A stretch of DNA of 64,000 nucleotides. Origin: Octopus vulgaris. Lineage: Eukaryota. Position numbers and translations under genes: made by a program. Position 1 is the stretch's first letter, and the number at the start of each line of letters is the position of its first letter. Below, piece after piece: positions 1-12,649 of this stretch. The stretch covers positions 161,138,001 through 161,202,000 of the forward strand of contig OX597816.1 of assembly GCA_951406725.2 (NCBI GenBank), read 5' to 3'. The notes below the pieces were generated by a model that worked only from the letters and a program-made list of their open reading frames with translations, did not search any database and was not told the origin of the DNA.

Positions 1-934
1 TGAAAATCTTAAAAATCAAATTTGAAATAATTGAATATCATTTCAAATGGAAACTTTTTTTATTTTGACTTTTCTCATCCTGTTGTGAAATCTTTCATGC
101 CCCTCTGTTGATCCAAGCCATCCCAGCTGCAATGATATCCCAATTTCTTAATTAAAACTTGCGACTTAAACAGTGATTTTCTGACTAAAACAATCTACCT
201 CAACTTGTAAACTATGTCAATAACCTGGAAAATATGGTACTCATTTTCCTTCTACAGTCAATATCATAGATCAGTTATGTATAAAGCAGTCATGAATTAA
301 GCTAGCACATTAGTGGATAGCTTAATTTGCATATTTGTGCTTTTGACAGTTCATCATTAATTAAATGTAATTTATGTTCTAATTCTTATTTAATACATAG
401 CAAGGTTTTATAATATTTAAATTTACTTCAGTTTTTCTGATTTATGCTGTTTTGTGCATAAATTGATATTGTTTAATTAACAATATTGTAGTGAAACAAG
501 AGAGCTGAAGTATTTTATGGCTCTGAAGTGGAATCCTACTGTTAGGGTTACAACTTTGGCTGTATCTTATGTGTGAAGAAATCAATATGGTTTGTGAAGT
601 CTAGCATTTGTAGCAATTTTAAGGCTTTCAGTTGTGTGCTGCTCATGTGGAGAAAGGGTGCAATATTGGAGAATATTCTTGAGGTTTCTGATCATGGAAA
701 CAGTCAGTCTAGCATGAGATGTCTAATTGCATGGGAATGATATTTGTGTTTAGAACATCCTGCTTCTCTTTGTAGTTGGCCATTGATTCTGTACCCTTAC
801 CCTTATGCCCAATGTTTTCATTTGAAAACTCCTTTTAAATCACCATAATACAAAAAAAAAATTAAATGAAAAATCATGATATAACAAAAAGGATTTTCAG
901 TGATAAATTGACTATTTTATAGCTCATTCAAAAG

Positions 935-1313
935 TACCTTGGATCGTAGGATGACCTGCTGTGCTTACCTTGGATCGTAGGGTAACCTGTTGTGCTTGAG
1001 GAGACCTATTGAGTCAAGTACATCAACATCAAAATAAAAATCAAATGGAAATTGTAGTTGTGATACTCATGCTGGTGGCATGTAAAAAGCACCAACCAAT
1101 CATGGCCATTGCCAGCCTCCTCTAGCCCCTGTGCCAGTGGCGCATAAAAAGCACACACTACACTCACGGAGTGGTTGGCATTAGGAAGGACATCCAGCTG
1201 TAGAAACACTGTCAGATCAGACTGGAGCCTGGTGCAGCCTCCTGGTTGAACTGTCCAACCCATGCTAGCATGGAAAACGGATGTTAAACAATTTTTTTTT
1301 TTTTTGATGATGA
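935..1313 (+). mobile_element. RTE-type LINE 3' fragment (family A)
   Basis: Contains gtggttggcattaggaaggacatccagctgtagaaac, ggcatgtaaaaagcacc units and a (GAT)n tail shared with more than 20 copies in the window; starts with a 31-bp tandem duplication. Confidence 0.75.
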
Positions 1314-1697
1314 TCATGAATAAAAATATTTTACAATTAGGACATGCATGGTTAGGGTGTTACACTCACGATCGCCAGATCATGGGTTTGATTCTTGGGC
1401 CATATGGCATGTGTTTTTGAAGGCACTTCATTTCATGGTACTCTAGTGCTGTGTTGGGGCAGGCATGTTAAAGAATAGACCCAACATTTCCTCTGTGTGT
1501 CATAAAAGGTGACTCTAAGAGGTTGAGGTAGGATTTACAGTCTGTTCATGTGAAGTCTTCACAAGCAACAACTCACCAAACAGACTCATGGGTTGTGGAG
1601 TTGTTGCCTGAGTGGTGCAAAGGTGTTATCTGCCAGGAGTAGGGAGTCACCAAATGATGGTAGATGTAGTGATGCACTGTTACAGTGCAAGCCCGTA

Positions 1698-1739
<42 letters not shown>

Positions 1740-1819
1740 ACAGTTTACAAATGTCTGAAACACTTATTACAGTAATAAAGACATATCTTGGTTCATAAAG
1801 ATAACTTTAGACTGTTGAC

Positions 1820-2090
1820 TAACTGGCTCTATGTCGGTTACTAGGATGAGTGTTCTAGTTGTTCCAATCAATGGCACAGCCTGCTTATGAAATTAACATG
1901 GAAGTGGCTGAGCACTCCACAGTACTTCTTATGGTGATTCAGCATGACACAGAACATGACAAGGCTGGCCCTTTGAAATACAAGTACTACACATTTTTGT
2001 CAGCTGAGTAGACTGGAGCAATACACTGCCATATATCAAATGCATGACCTTACAATTGGGAGCTGAATACCCTAACCACAAAACCACACA
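1820..2090 (-). mobile_element. tRNA-derived SINE, family E, decayed
   Basis: Reverse complement matches 51955-52230 (ttgctccagtc.actcag.tgacaaaaa; gtgctcagcca.tt). Confidence 0.55.
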
Positions 2091-2104
2091 CCTTCACTTT
2101 AGAC

Positions 2105-2437
2105 CAGGGCTGTGGAGTCAGAGTCGTGGAGTTGGAGTCGGAGTTGTGGAGTCATGGAGTTGGAGTTGGAATCAGAAACAATTAAGAGGTAGCTGGAGTC
2201 AGAGTCGGAGTTGGAGTCAGTGAAACTATACTGACTCCGACTCCAACTCACACTATCTTTATTCTTTAATATAAACCAATTACAAGATATAGGCCTACTC
2301 AAAGTACAAGCGTATGCATATACTTTATGAGATATGAAGACCACAGTTACTTAATTACATAAAGTGGAGTCAGAGTCAGAGGTGCTAATAGTACAGGAGT
2401 TGGAGTTGAAGTTTTTTGTTTTGACCCCATGGCCCTG
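2105..2437. mobile_element. hAT-type MITE with internal (GGAGTY)n hexamer arrays
   Basis: TIRs CAGGGCTGTGGAGTC / GACCCCATGGCCCTG; 8-bp TSD CTTTAGAC (2097-2104) / TTTTAGAC (2438-2445). Confidence 0.85.
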
Positions 2438-3650
2438 TTTTAGACTATTAGAGAAACACACACTTGACATAAAACCTTAACTATGCATCATTTAGGGAGT
2501 ACACGTCTCCCTCAGATGGTAATCACAGGAATAGGGAGTTGAGGTTGAGCAAAAGGTGGTGTCATTTACATAAGGGTGTAAGGAATTAGAAATGAAAGGA
2601 AGAATGCAATTAGAAATGAAATAAAAGAATGCTGTTCATTTACAGAGGAATAAATAGGGGATGGATGACATAAATAGACCTTGAAGTATAGCAGAGTTAA
2701 TAGAATGTATGTACTGTGATTAAGCAGTCTGACAAGAAATATCTGATCAAAGAAATGAGTCTGGAGAAAGCTCAAAGGTGAGTGAATGGAAATTACTGAG
2801 TATAACGGCATTGAAATATATTCCAACTATAATTTTGATAAATATATATTTGAAAACCTAACAATAAATGTGATCATGGTATATTTCCCCAAGAGATACA
2901 ATAAGATATTTGTACCTGGTGTATAATTCAGATTTCTTCTAGTGTGATTTAAAACACTATCAAATATTTTCACCTTGGTATTTCACCAATATGAGATAAA
3001 CATAGCCACAAATGTTTGCAGTTTATTAACCAGGCAACTGATATTTTCATTATATGCAGTGTAACATTGACAGATGTTTTTTACTGGATGTAATTTTACA
3101 CACTGTCTTTGGATGTGATATACCAGCAGCAGGATATGCCTGCTTTATAAGCCTGACATATGCATTCAGCTGCTTATTTATTTATTTATATTATTTATTT
3201 ATTGAGGCCAGTTATAGTTAATTAAATAATATTGAATATTGTCAGTATATTATTGATTTGTATTTGATTGACCCTGGAGAAAGGGAAGGCAAAATTAGGT
3301 CAAGCTCAGACCTGAAAGAAAAATATATAAATACTATAATACATACAGTCAATTCAGTGCTAACACAATGTAACGTGCAAAGAAACATTAATTAATGAAA
3401 ACTTCATCTGAATTGATGTGAGATAGATTCTGGATCAATGCTTAAAAATTACCTGGATAGAAAGCGGGGACAACTACATGATTATCAATTAAAATTGGAA
3501 CTAGACATTTACTGAGGGAGAAAATGAAACAGAATTTTGGCAGACACCATGATAACTCTGGACAGTTTCTGCCTTGTCACGCCTCCTCAGTAAAGCATAG
3601 TTTTTTTTATTGTGGTTGCAAGATCACCATGATTATATATATATCTCATA

Positions 3651-4124
3651 TGAGACCATAACCTGTGGCCTCTACCTGGGATGTAGCCAGTCCACTTATG
3701 CATACCTTTCCTTCTTGGGACACAAAACTCTACTTGTGAAGACCTGTTGAGGCAAGTGAAAATCGAAATCGATCAACATCAATGGAAATTGTAGTTGTGA
3801 TACCAGTGCCGGTGGCACGTAAGAGAACCATCCAAACGTGGCCGTTGCCAGCGCCGCCCCGACTGGCTTCCGTGCTGGTGGCACATAAAAAGCACCATCC
3901 GATCGTGGCCATTGCCAGCCTCGTCTGGCACCTGTGCCAGTGTCACGTAAAAAGCACCCACTACACTCACGGAGTGGTTGGCGTTAGGAAGGGCATCAAG
4001 CTGTAGAAACACTGCCAGATCAGTCTGGGCCTGGTACAGCCCTCTGGCTTCCCAGACCCCAGTTGAACCATCCAACCCATGCTAGCATGGAAAGCGGACG
4101 TTAAACGATGATGATGATGATGAT
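3651..4124 (+). mobile_element. RTE-type LINE 3'UTR (family A), young copy
   Basis: Closely matches the reverse complement of 42441-42962; three gtgccggtggcacgtaaaaagcacc-type units; tail ggacgttaaac(gat)n. Confidence 0.85.
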
Positions 4125-4261
4125 GTAGAGTTAGATGTATGACTACTACTGTATTAGTTAGAGCTTCACATAAATTATAATTATCCAGTCAGCTTCAAGT
4201 ATATTTGTTAGTTTATCACCTAGAACAACAGTGGTGAAACGTACATAGGAACTAAATATTC

Positions 4262-4492
4262 ATACTGGTACTGGTGCCACATAAAAAGCACCTGTGCTAC
4301 TACCACCTTGTGAAATGGCACCCAGTATACACCGTAAAATGGTTGGTATCAGGAAGAGCATTCAGCTGTAGAAGCCATGCTGAAGCAGATAACTGGAGCC
4401 TAGTGCAATCCTAAAGCTTGCCAGCTTCTGCAAACCATCCCACCCTCTCCATGTCAGCATGGAAAATGGACATTAAATGAGAGTGATGATGA
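4262..4492 (+). mobile_element. family A LINE 3' fragment, older subfamily
   Basis: ggtgccacataaaaagcacc unit, ggttggtatcaggaagagcattcagctgtagaa block, (GAT)n tail. Confidence 0.7.
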
Positions 4493-4766
4493 TTTGCTTA
4501 TCTTAATTTTCCATTAATTAAATATATATTCTCTCTATATCACTTGATATGTTTTCTGTTACTGTCTTTGTTTATTTGTTTCTTTGATATTTAGTTTCCC
4601 CAGTCTCCTCATGACTCATCTGGAGACCTCATCTCTTCTTGTTATTGTATCTGTCTCACTTTTCCCTGTTCATATTCATTATTCATATTCACTCATTTAT
4701 ACTCAATTAGCTTATATTGTGGATGCCATCATATTTAACAATATTATCATGTCAAAATTGTGGTTA

Positions 4767-4812
<46 letters not shown>

Positions 4813-4825
4813 ATCTATCTATCTA

Positions 4826-4907
<82 letters not shown>

Positions 4908-4947
4908 TACACATATATACATGCATACATGTATATATATATATATA
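4767..4947. repeat. compound microsatellite (TCTA)n(CT)n(TA)n
   Basis: Seen directly; representative of dozens of (TA)n, (CA)n, (TATG)n, (GAT)n and (TAC)n tracts in the window. Confidence 0.95.
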
Positions 4948-5205
4948 CCTACATTCCTTCTTATTCTCCCTTCTCTTTCTTTTTCTTCTTTGTCTCCTTC
5001 CTCCTCCTTCCTAACTTTACCACTATTGCTGTTTAGAATAACACCTATGCAAATTTTATAAACAAAACATTCAAATGATGTTTCAGAAATTCAACAATTA
5101 CTTCAACCATCCACACTGGGTCACTTGACCATTCTACTACTATCCACAGCTGGCAGTTGACCATTTAACATACTACTGTCATGGCACTCCCGCATTCTTC
5201 TTCTT

Positions 5206-5245
<40 letters not shown>

Positions 5246-5289
5246 CACTACCACCACCACCACCACCACCACCACTTCTTCTTTTGAGT

Positions 5290-5541
5290 GTGGTTGTTGC
5301 CAGTGACGATGGACATGGTCATTGGCAGTACCTCCTGACTGGCCCTCATGCCAGTTGCATGTAAAAACACCTACTACATTCTTGGAGTGGTTGGCGTTAG
5401 GTAGAGCATCCAGCTGTAGAAACTTTGCCAGATCAGATTGGAGCTTGGTGCAGCCTTCTGGCATGCCAGTCCTCAGTCAAACCATCCAACCCATGCCAGC
5501 ATGGAAAGCAGACGTTAAATGATGATGATGATGATGATGAT
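5290..5541 (+). mobile_element. family A LINE 3' fragment
   Basis: Shared 3' block and (GAT)n tail. Confidence 0.8.
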
Positions 5542-5583
5542 GTGCATCAGCATGGCTGCAGCTCCAAGCTGAAACTACAGAGG

Positions 5584-5634
<51 letters not shown>

Positions 5635-5635
<1 letters not shown>

Positions 5636-5795
5636 GACAAGCTTCTTTCTCTTTCACTTTCTATCTACCAAATTCACTCACAAGGCCTGAGACTGTAGTA
5701 GAAGACACTTGCTCAAGGTGCCATGGTGTTAGACTGAACCTGGAACCATGTGATTGGGAAGCATGCTTCTTACCACACAGCCACTCCTGTGCCTA
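5635..5795 (-). mobile_element. tRNA/CORE SINE (family B), 5' half
   Basis: Reverse complement of ggcacaggagtggctgtgtggtaag...ggttcagtc...caccttgagcaagtgtcttctac. Confidence 0.8.
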
Positions 5796-6006
5796 TATAT
5801 ATTATTAAACGTCCACTCTCTATACTGGCATGGGTTATATATATACATACATATATACACACACACACACACACACATATACATATATAAAGATAAATTA
5901 ATTTTATATAAATAATTATAAAAACTATAAAAGTCAACAAATTTTTACAATCCAACTGTCCCTCTTTCACACGGAATTTCTTCTTTTCTGAACCAAATAC
6001 CCTGAA

Positions 6007-6060
<54 letters not shown>

Positions 6061-6367
6061 TGGAACTGTGATTATGTATATCAGAAAAAAATATATATAT
6101 AAGTTGAAACAATTTGTTGGCTTTTTATGGTTTTTATAATTCTTTATATAATATTTTGTTATGTTATGTTATATATTATATTCATAGTATTTAATGTAAT
6201 ATTGTAATATAAATAAATTATTTGATTGTCAATAGAATATATCTATATTTAATTTATCTTTATAATTGAATTATACCAATATTTATATAGTATCCAACTG
6301 AAGTACCAGTAAATTGGATGGTTTAACACACCCCTTTGAAGGGTATCTATATATACATATATATACA

Positions 6368-6429
<62 letters not shown>

Positions 6430-6440
6430 CATACATATAT

Positions 6441-6628
6441 ATCATTAGCTCCTACATGCATTTTTTTCTCTTCTTGTTTCTCTCCTTGTTTTTTTCTGTG
6501 TATCTTTCTGTTGAAGAGTGTAGGCTTGAAACATAAAAGACATTTTGTATTCCTGAGCGCTATACTAATACATTTGTTTGTTTGTACTCCACCTGCCTTC
6601 ATCTTTTGTTTATTTTCGTAAACTTTCC

Positions 6629-6632
<4 letters not shown>
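6441..6632 (+). mobile_element. Penelope-like terminal-repeat fragment with hammerhead-like motif (6503-6540)
   Basis: TCTTT-CTGTTGA-AGAGT-gtag-GCTT-GAA-ACAT-A-AAAGA; homologous to the 3' end of the PLE at 34010-34836; flanked by (TA)n on both sides. Confidence 0.75.
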
Positions 6633-6669
<37 letters not shown>

Positions 6670-6984
6670 TAGGTTACATATATACATATATATATGTAAA
6701 TATGAATGAAATGCTGCAAAACATTTTGCCCAGGAATGCTAACAATTCTGCCAGCTCACTGCCTTATTACAAGATGATATTGTCATAATGACTTTGATAT
6801 ACATAAGTTATGATTATATAACATAATGATTGTGGGAAATTTACTCAAGAGTGTCATCCACATGGAAAATTAACAAAGTATATGCTAACACATTTAATGA
6901 GGTAAACCTGAAAAACTTAATTAATCAATCCTAAGTAACATAATTAGAGATAAATAGTAGATCATTGCTTATCTCTATTGTAAT

Positions 6985-7195
6985 GCTTCAGTTGAAATAT
7001 ACTGGCTTTGTTTTAATTAATTTTGAAAAATAATGAAGAATTTAGTAAAATAAATTCGTCTTCATTAAGCTGGTTTTTGGAGCATTATCATAAAATATTG
7101 ATGGCAGGTTTTAATTTATTTAGATTACTTTAAAACTGGAAGTTTGTATCACAGAAACAGGTGCGCTTTCGGGTGGGTTTTGTATTGAAAGTGTT
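6985..7195. mobile_element. decayed copy of the piggyBac-type MITE
   Basis: aatgaagaatttagtaaaataa...ttaagctggt...gattactttaa is shared with 11747-12172. Confidence 0.6.
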
Positions 7196-7888
7196 CAGGC
7201 AAGACTAATACCTCAGATTTCAGATAGCAAAATCTCAGGAAAATGGGAAAGGATATGCCTCTGGGTGTTATTAGACTGTACAAAACTGCAAATATTTCAC
7301 TAGAATGTGGCTATTATCCTTGTGTAGTTGGGCATTGTTGTAAAATCAACAATTTCCAGCGTTTTTTACATTTTTCTCAAAATGACATTTCTCACTACGA
7401 GTAGCAGTTTTTAGGTCATGATATCTCCGAGAATAATTGGCTGAAATTTTGCATGTGTATTACTTTGATACTTGCCTAGATGCTGATTTAGTGTGATTAG
7501 ATACACTTCATTTGTTCATCTTCCAGAGACACTTGGATGCTACTACCAAGGGGTCAAAAATGCTTGAACTGCTGCATATGTTTATGAGCGACCCCACAAC
7601 GAAATCTAGGCCAACTTCATCAATGTCTTTGATTCAGCATCTAGTCTGTACTCCAAACTGTTGTCATTCCAAGTTAGAGCATATAACTTTGATAGTTTGG
7701 TAGTGTAATTGACCTGAAATAAGGGTGTGTTTGCCTTGTAAGTCATTTTGAATTTATAATTAAGTGATGAGTAGATAATGAGAAAATTTGTATATTATGT
7801 TTTTTGATAGACTAACATTGTTCTTGATGTATGTCATTATTCCCGCTGAGTGAAAGCATCTTCAATTTAGGAGTGTTTTTCTATGTTT

Positions 7889-8300
7889 GATCTTTTCGGT
7901 TTGAACGGCAGTTTTTAACATAATTTCTAGGTAACTGAAAAATTTTAAACTTCGTATACTGGTAGAATGTGTTTATAACACATCTTTTTCTCTTGGCTTT
8001 ATTGAGAAAATTCTATAGTTTGTAAGATATTTGTTGTTTTTTCTTCAATTTCTGCAATTTCAACTAATCACTGATGTCTATTGAGGTAAAAAACATTCTG
8101 TGCCATATGAATATGTCTCTCGTTTAAGAAACAGATTAGGTTTATTTACATTTGTGAAGAAAAAAAGATACCCTTCTCCCACCCCTAATCCTAACCCTAA
8201 AACAGATTGAAATGCAATAGATCAATACTAGGGTCATAATTATGAGTGACAATTTCATATGACACTGCTAGAAAAAACTGCCGTTCAAACCGAAAAGATC
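7889..8300. mobile_element. MITE with 28-bp perfect TIRs and an internal telomere-like (TAACCC) tract
   Basis: gatcttttcggtttgaacggcagttttt (7889-7916) and its exact reverse complement ending at 8300; CTATGT lies 2 bp outside each end (possible TSD). Confidence 0.85.
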
Positions 8301-9166
8301 CCCTATGTCTGAGATGTTAGTCTTGCCTTAAATCTATTCAAGACAGACAAGGAAAACAACTCCAAATCTGAAAAGGGAAGAAGTCAAACAAGATTATTAC
8401 ATTGATACCAATCAATTAATTTATATTGGAAATAAACAAGAAGTAAGGGTTAGGGTTAGGGTTGCAGGGAAAATTACTTTGATTTTTAGTTTAGTTGTCT
8501 AATATCTTGACCAATGTTTAATTGTTCAAAACTTTATATAATATCGTAGCAACAGATGTTTCTTTTTCTTTCTCATGTGACATAATTGTAACAGATGTTG
8601 TAATTAAAATTAACCATAGCTTGCATGATTGTTTAACACTTTACAAGGATTATAAATATTCTTATGAATACAGCCTTGTCTGACTATCTTTACTTTTTTT
8701 TTTACTTTTTATTTTAATTTTTCATTTTGTTTTTAAAAGTACCAGGTGGGTGAGTTAGGGGTGTTATAACAGGGAAGTTAGTTCAATCTGTTAATGCATT
8801 TTGTGCAAAAGAGGGTCATATGGTGCAAAAATAAGATAAATCATGTTTGTATACTGATTTGTCAACCTATATATTCAGTATGAAAAAACCATGATGTTGA
8901 TGATGGTGGTGGTGGTGGTGGTGGCAGAAACTGCAGCAGTGATGGTGAGAGTGATGATAATGATGATGACAATGATGATGATGGTAATGATGATGATGGT
9001 AGCAATGGTGAGGGGTGAGAATGGTGATGTTGATGATGGTGGTGGTAGCAGCGATGGTGGCTCCACCAGTGGTGGTAGTGGTGATGAAAACACTGACAAT
9101 TATGAATAAGTTTCTCTCTTAGAACCGGTCAACATGGTGGATGTATCTTGTCTTTTCTATTTGCAG

Positions 9167-9250
9167 ATTACTGTGGACAATTCCAATTGTCTCCTGTATT
9201 TCATCAGACAGAGTTTCTAAGTTCCTAATCTTCACAGCTGTGTACAATTG
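9167..9250 (+). other. candidate 84-nt exon (coding or 5'UTR) of an unidentified gene
   Basis: Acceptor tcttttctatttgcag|, donor TG|gtaggt; one open frame LLWTIPIVSCISSDRVSKFLIFTAVYN; phase 2-2. Confidence 0.5.
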
Positions 9251-9829
9251 GTAGGTTTTGTTAGATAGCTTTTACTGATAACGATGGAAAGTCATTAAGT
9301 TAAGTGCTGTGGTAATTTCTCCGTTCCCACACCTAGCTCAGGCTCCAGCTCTCATTCTATACATGGATAAAAGGATGTAACTTAATATCATCCTCTAGAA
9401 CCCACATTGAGCTTTACAAACATTAATGATTATTTAGTTTACATTTTTATATATTTCTTTTTTCTCATTTCTCTTTGGTCATTGTTGTTGTTGGCATTGT
9501 GGTCATCACCATCATCGCCTTCATCATTGTCATCATTGCCATCCATGTCACCCACATCATCATCACCATCTTCACCATCATCATCATCATCATCACCGTT
9601 ATCAGTGTCATCATTATTACCATCATTGACACTGTTGCCATCATCATTAGAATCACCATCATCAGTGGTGCAGTGGGAGAGGGCTTGAATCTACATAGTT
9701 ACAAAAATATCCCTATACACACAGCCATACTTACGTCTACACAGCCAAGCCTGTACCTACATAGCCATACTATATGTGCGTGTGTATGTGTGTGTGTGTT
9801 TAGTATTCCAAATGTGGTTCATGTACCAA

Positions 9830-10145
9830 TGTTGGTGCCATGTAAAAAGAACCCATGCCATGCCACAAAAAGGCTTCTGTGCTGGTGCCATGTAAAAAGC
9901 ACCCATGCCGGTGCCATATGTAAAAAGCACCTGGTAGACTCTGTAAAGAGGTTGGTATTAGGAAGGGTGTCTAGTCACAGATACCTTGCCAAAACAGACA
10001 GTTGGAACCTGGTGCAGCTTTCTGGCTGGCCAGCTCCTGTCAAACTGTCCAACTGATGCCAGCAGGGAAAATGGATGTTAAATGACGAAGACGAAGATGA
10101 TGCTGCCAATGTCAATGAGGATAGGGATGATGATGACGACGATGA
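9830..10145 (+). mobile_element. family A LINE 3' fragment, older subfamily
   Basis: Several ggtgccatgtaaaaagcacc units, shared 3' block, degenerate (GAT/GAC)n tail. Confidence 0.7.
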
Positions 10146-10606
10146 CTATCACTAGTTTCCTTGGATCCTGTTGTTTATTTCAGTACATAAATCATGCTAC
10201 CATTTAATTTGATAAAATATTATAGTTCAGCCATCATCGACTTTTGTTGTGCAGTGTAGCTTAGTAAGGTTTAGTGAGGTTTATTGTAGAAAGTTCATTG
10301 TATCTTAGTAAGGTTTATTGTAGAAAGTTCATAGTGAATGTCAGGTTTTGCTTCAAGACTACAATTGATTCCAGTGTTCCAATATTGGCTATTTTTCTTA
10401 TACACGGATAGTATTATAATCCCTTACAAAACCTTTTTTCTAAATTTTAAGTCCAAAAAATTAGGGGGTTCCTCATACATGTTAAAATACGGTATATGCA
10501 GGTTACACTGCAACACACCTAGCATCGTCTAGTGGTACACCAGTGTGCCACAGAATACCAGTTGTGGAGCACCATTCTAGATGAGTAATTACTGTTTGTT
10601 TCTCAG

Positions 10607-10666
10607 CATGGATAAAACTTGGGAGCAGCAAATGATGCAGCAGCCTACTTCAGAATTTGAACCTGG
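10607..10666 (+). CDS. candidate 60-nt coding exon, MDKTWEQQMMQQPTSEFEP(G); product unknown
   Basis: Acceptor tgtttgtttctcag|, ATG at 10608, donor GG|gtaagc; in frame with the 9167-9250 exon (phase 2). Confidence 0.55.
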
Positions 10667-10740
10667 GTAAGCAGTTGAAGAGGACAAAATATCTTTTGTT
10701 GTTGTTTTTTTTTTCTAATGAGGTTCACTTTCAGAGAGAA

Positions 10741-10775
<35 letters not shown>

Positions 10776-10829
10776 CTGTTTATGTGATTGAATGAAAAGA
10801 TGTGTATATTGTATGTCTGTGTTAATATT

Positions 10830-11060
10830 TATTTCTTTATTGCCCACAGGGAGATATGCATAGAGGGGACAAACAAGGACAGATAAAGGGATTAAGTCAA
10901 TTACATCGACTCCAATGCATAACTGGTACTTATTTAATCAATCCCGAAAGGATGAAAGGCAAAGTTGACCTCAGCGGAATTTGAACTCAGAACATAACAG
11001 CAGATGAAATGCTGCTAAGCATTTTGCCCGGCGTGCTAACAATTCTGCCAGCACACAGCC
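10830..11060 (-). mobile_element. Deu/Nin-domain SINE (family C)
   Basis: Reverse complement of gctggcagaa...gagttcaaattcc...gcctttcatcctttcggg...taagtaccagt with an aataaagaaat tail. Confidence 0.8.
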
Positions 11061-11091
11061 CTTGTCTGTGTTAATATTGATGTGATGGTTT

Positions 11092-11308
11092 AAGGCAGCA
11101 AGTTGGCAGAATTATTAGAATGCTGGGTAAAATGATTAGCAGCGTTTCATCCATCTTTATGTTCTGAGTTCAAATTCTGCCGTGGTTCACTTTGCCTTTC
11201 ATCCTTTCAGGGTCAGTAAAACAAATATCAGTTTAGCACTGGGGTCGATGTAATCAGCTTACCTGTTTCTCTTGAAATTGCTGGCTTTGTGCCAAAATTT
11301 GAAACCAG
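11092..11308 (+). mobile_element. Deu/Nin-domain SINE (family C)
   Basis: B-box-like gagttcaaattc, then ttgcctttcatcctttcagggtc; head-to-head with the previous copy. Confidence 0.8.
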
Positions 11309-11460
11309 TATTGATGTGATTGGCTGTGTACTCCAACTGGTGTCCTACTTCAGCTTTTGTCAAAACCTCATAGTTATGAGTAGGGCTCAACTGTACCATA
11401 CTGACCCATTGCATGTTGACACAAACTGGTTGTCAATTTAATCAACATCAGTTTTTCATT

Positions 11461-11592
11461 ACCATATTTTAACGTGTATAAAGAACCCCTAATTTTGGGG
11501 GCTTAAAATCTGGAAAAAAGGTTTTGTAAGGGATTATTATCTTATCCATGCATAAGAAACTCCCAAGGGTTCCTTATACACATTAAAATACA
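11461..11592. mobile_element. Tc1/pogo-type MITE; a partial copy lies at about 10400-10494
   Basis: Termini taccatattttaacgtgtataa / ttatacacattaaaatacagta, flanked by TA. Confidence 0.65.
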
Positions 11593-11746
11593 GTAGTACT
11601 TTAGTTTGTCAAGCCCAGATGGAAGAAGGCAAAGTTGACCTTGATTGAATTTGAAATGATAAAGAACTGGGACAGACACAGCAAGTGTCTGTCCAGTGCT
11701 CTAACAGTTACTGACCTTTGATGTTACCAAATAGTATAGAGCTTAG

Positions 11747-12172
11747 CCCTTTTGTTATGATATATCTGTTGAAATACATTGCTGTTGTTTCTATTAATTT
11801 TGATGGTAATGAAGAATTTAGTAAAATAATTTAGCCAATATTAAGCTGGTGGTTTGAAATAAATCATGATATTTTGATGCAAGGTTCAAATTTGGATTAC
11901 TTTAACCCTTTCGATACCAGCCCAGTAGAAACCGCCTCTGGACTATAATACAAATATCTTGTTTTCATAAGTTCCACCAAACCTTAGTCATAATTTATGT
12001 TTCTAACACTAGCTTAACAATAGATAAGTTATTTTACTAAATTCTTTGTTATATTTAAAATTAATTGAAAGAAACACAGCATCTCAAAATAAATACAGTA
12101 ACAAAAGGGTTAAGGCAGGAGGTGTGTATCATAGATCCACAAGCATTCTCAGGCAAGGTTGGTATCATAGTG
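11747..12172. mobile_element. older piggyBac-type MITE interrupted by a younger relative
   Basis: Begins ttag|cccttttgtta; it is split at TTAA by the 11906-12109 insertion and resumes at 12114. Confidence 0.65.
11906..12109. mobile_element. piggyBac-type MITE
   Basis: TTAA|CCCTTTCGATAC ... GTAACAAAAGGG|TTAA; TTAA TSD and CCC/GGG ends. Confidence 0.85.
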
Positions 12173-12649
12173 ATATAATTGATGTCATTAATTGATGTGT
12201 GTCTCCAATATAACAATTAATATTAACAAATAAGCTGAAAGCTTGGTACTAGTAGGGAAATGATGTTGCAGTAATTTCAGTACTCAATTAGTCTACATAA
12301 TTTTATCTTGCTGAAATGGATTCTTTGGATGGGATGGGGGAGAGGAACAAACACAAGGTAGAATAATTGAGGCGTAAACAAACACCAAATAATTAACACA
12401 TGTACTTCAATGAAACAACAAGAGGAGCCTGTATGCAGTTGTTCAAGCTGCTAGAAATACCAGCTAAATCTCCCTATCTCTATAATATTTTAAAAGAAGA
12501 AACAGCACATCTAGTAATGTGATTCTAGGTTCTTATCAGATTGAATGGTCACAGCTTGAGAATATGTTTGTTGGTTTGCTTGATCATGGATTTCCTAGCC
12601 TTAAATAACTAATTCAGTTTTCCTTTAAAATTTTTAGAAATATTTCATA

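Noticed and set aside
2470-2830. 86-aa minus-strand ORF
   Set aside because: Probably a heavily decayed LINE 3' end; too diverged to call.
3779-4075. Recurrent peptide [21 protein letters not shown] in many ORFs, suggesting a gene family
   Set aside because: It is an antisense translation of the family A 3'UTR, and its frame and extent vary between copies.
8443-8461. Telomere or chromosome-fusion relic
   Set aside because: Only about three TTAGGG-like units, in a repeat-like context.
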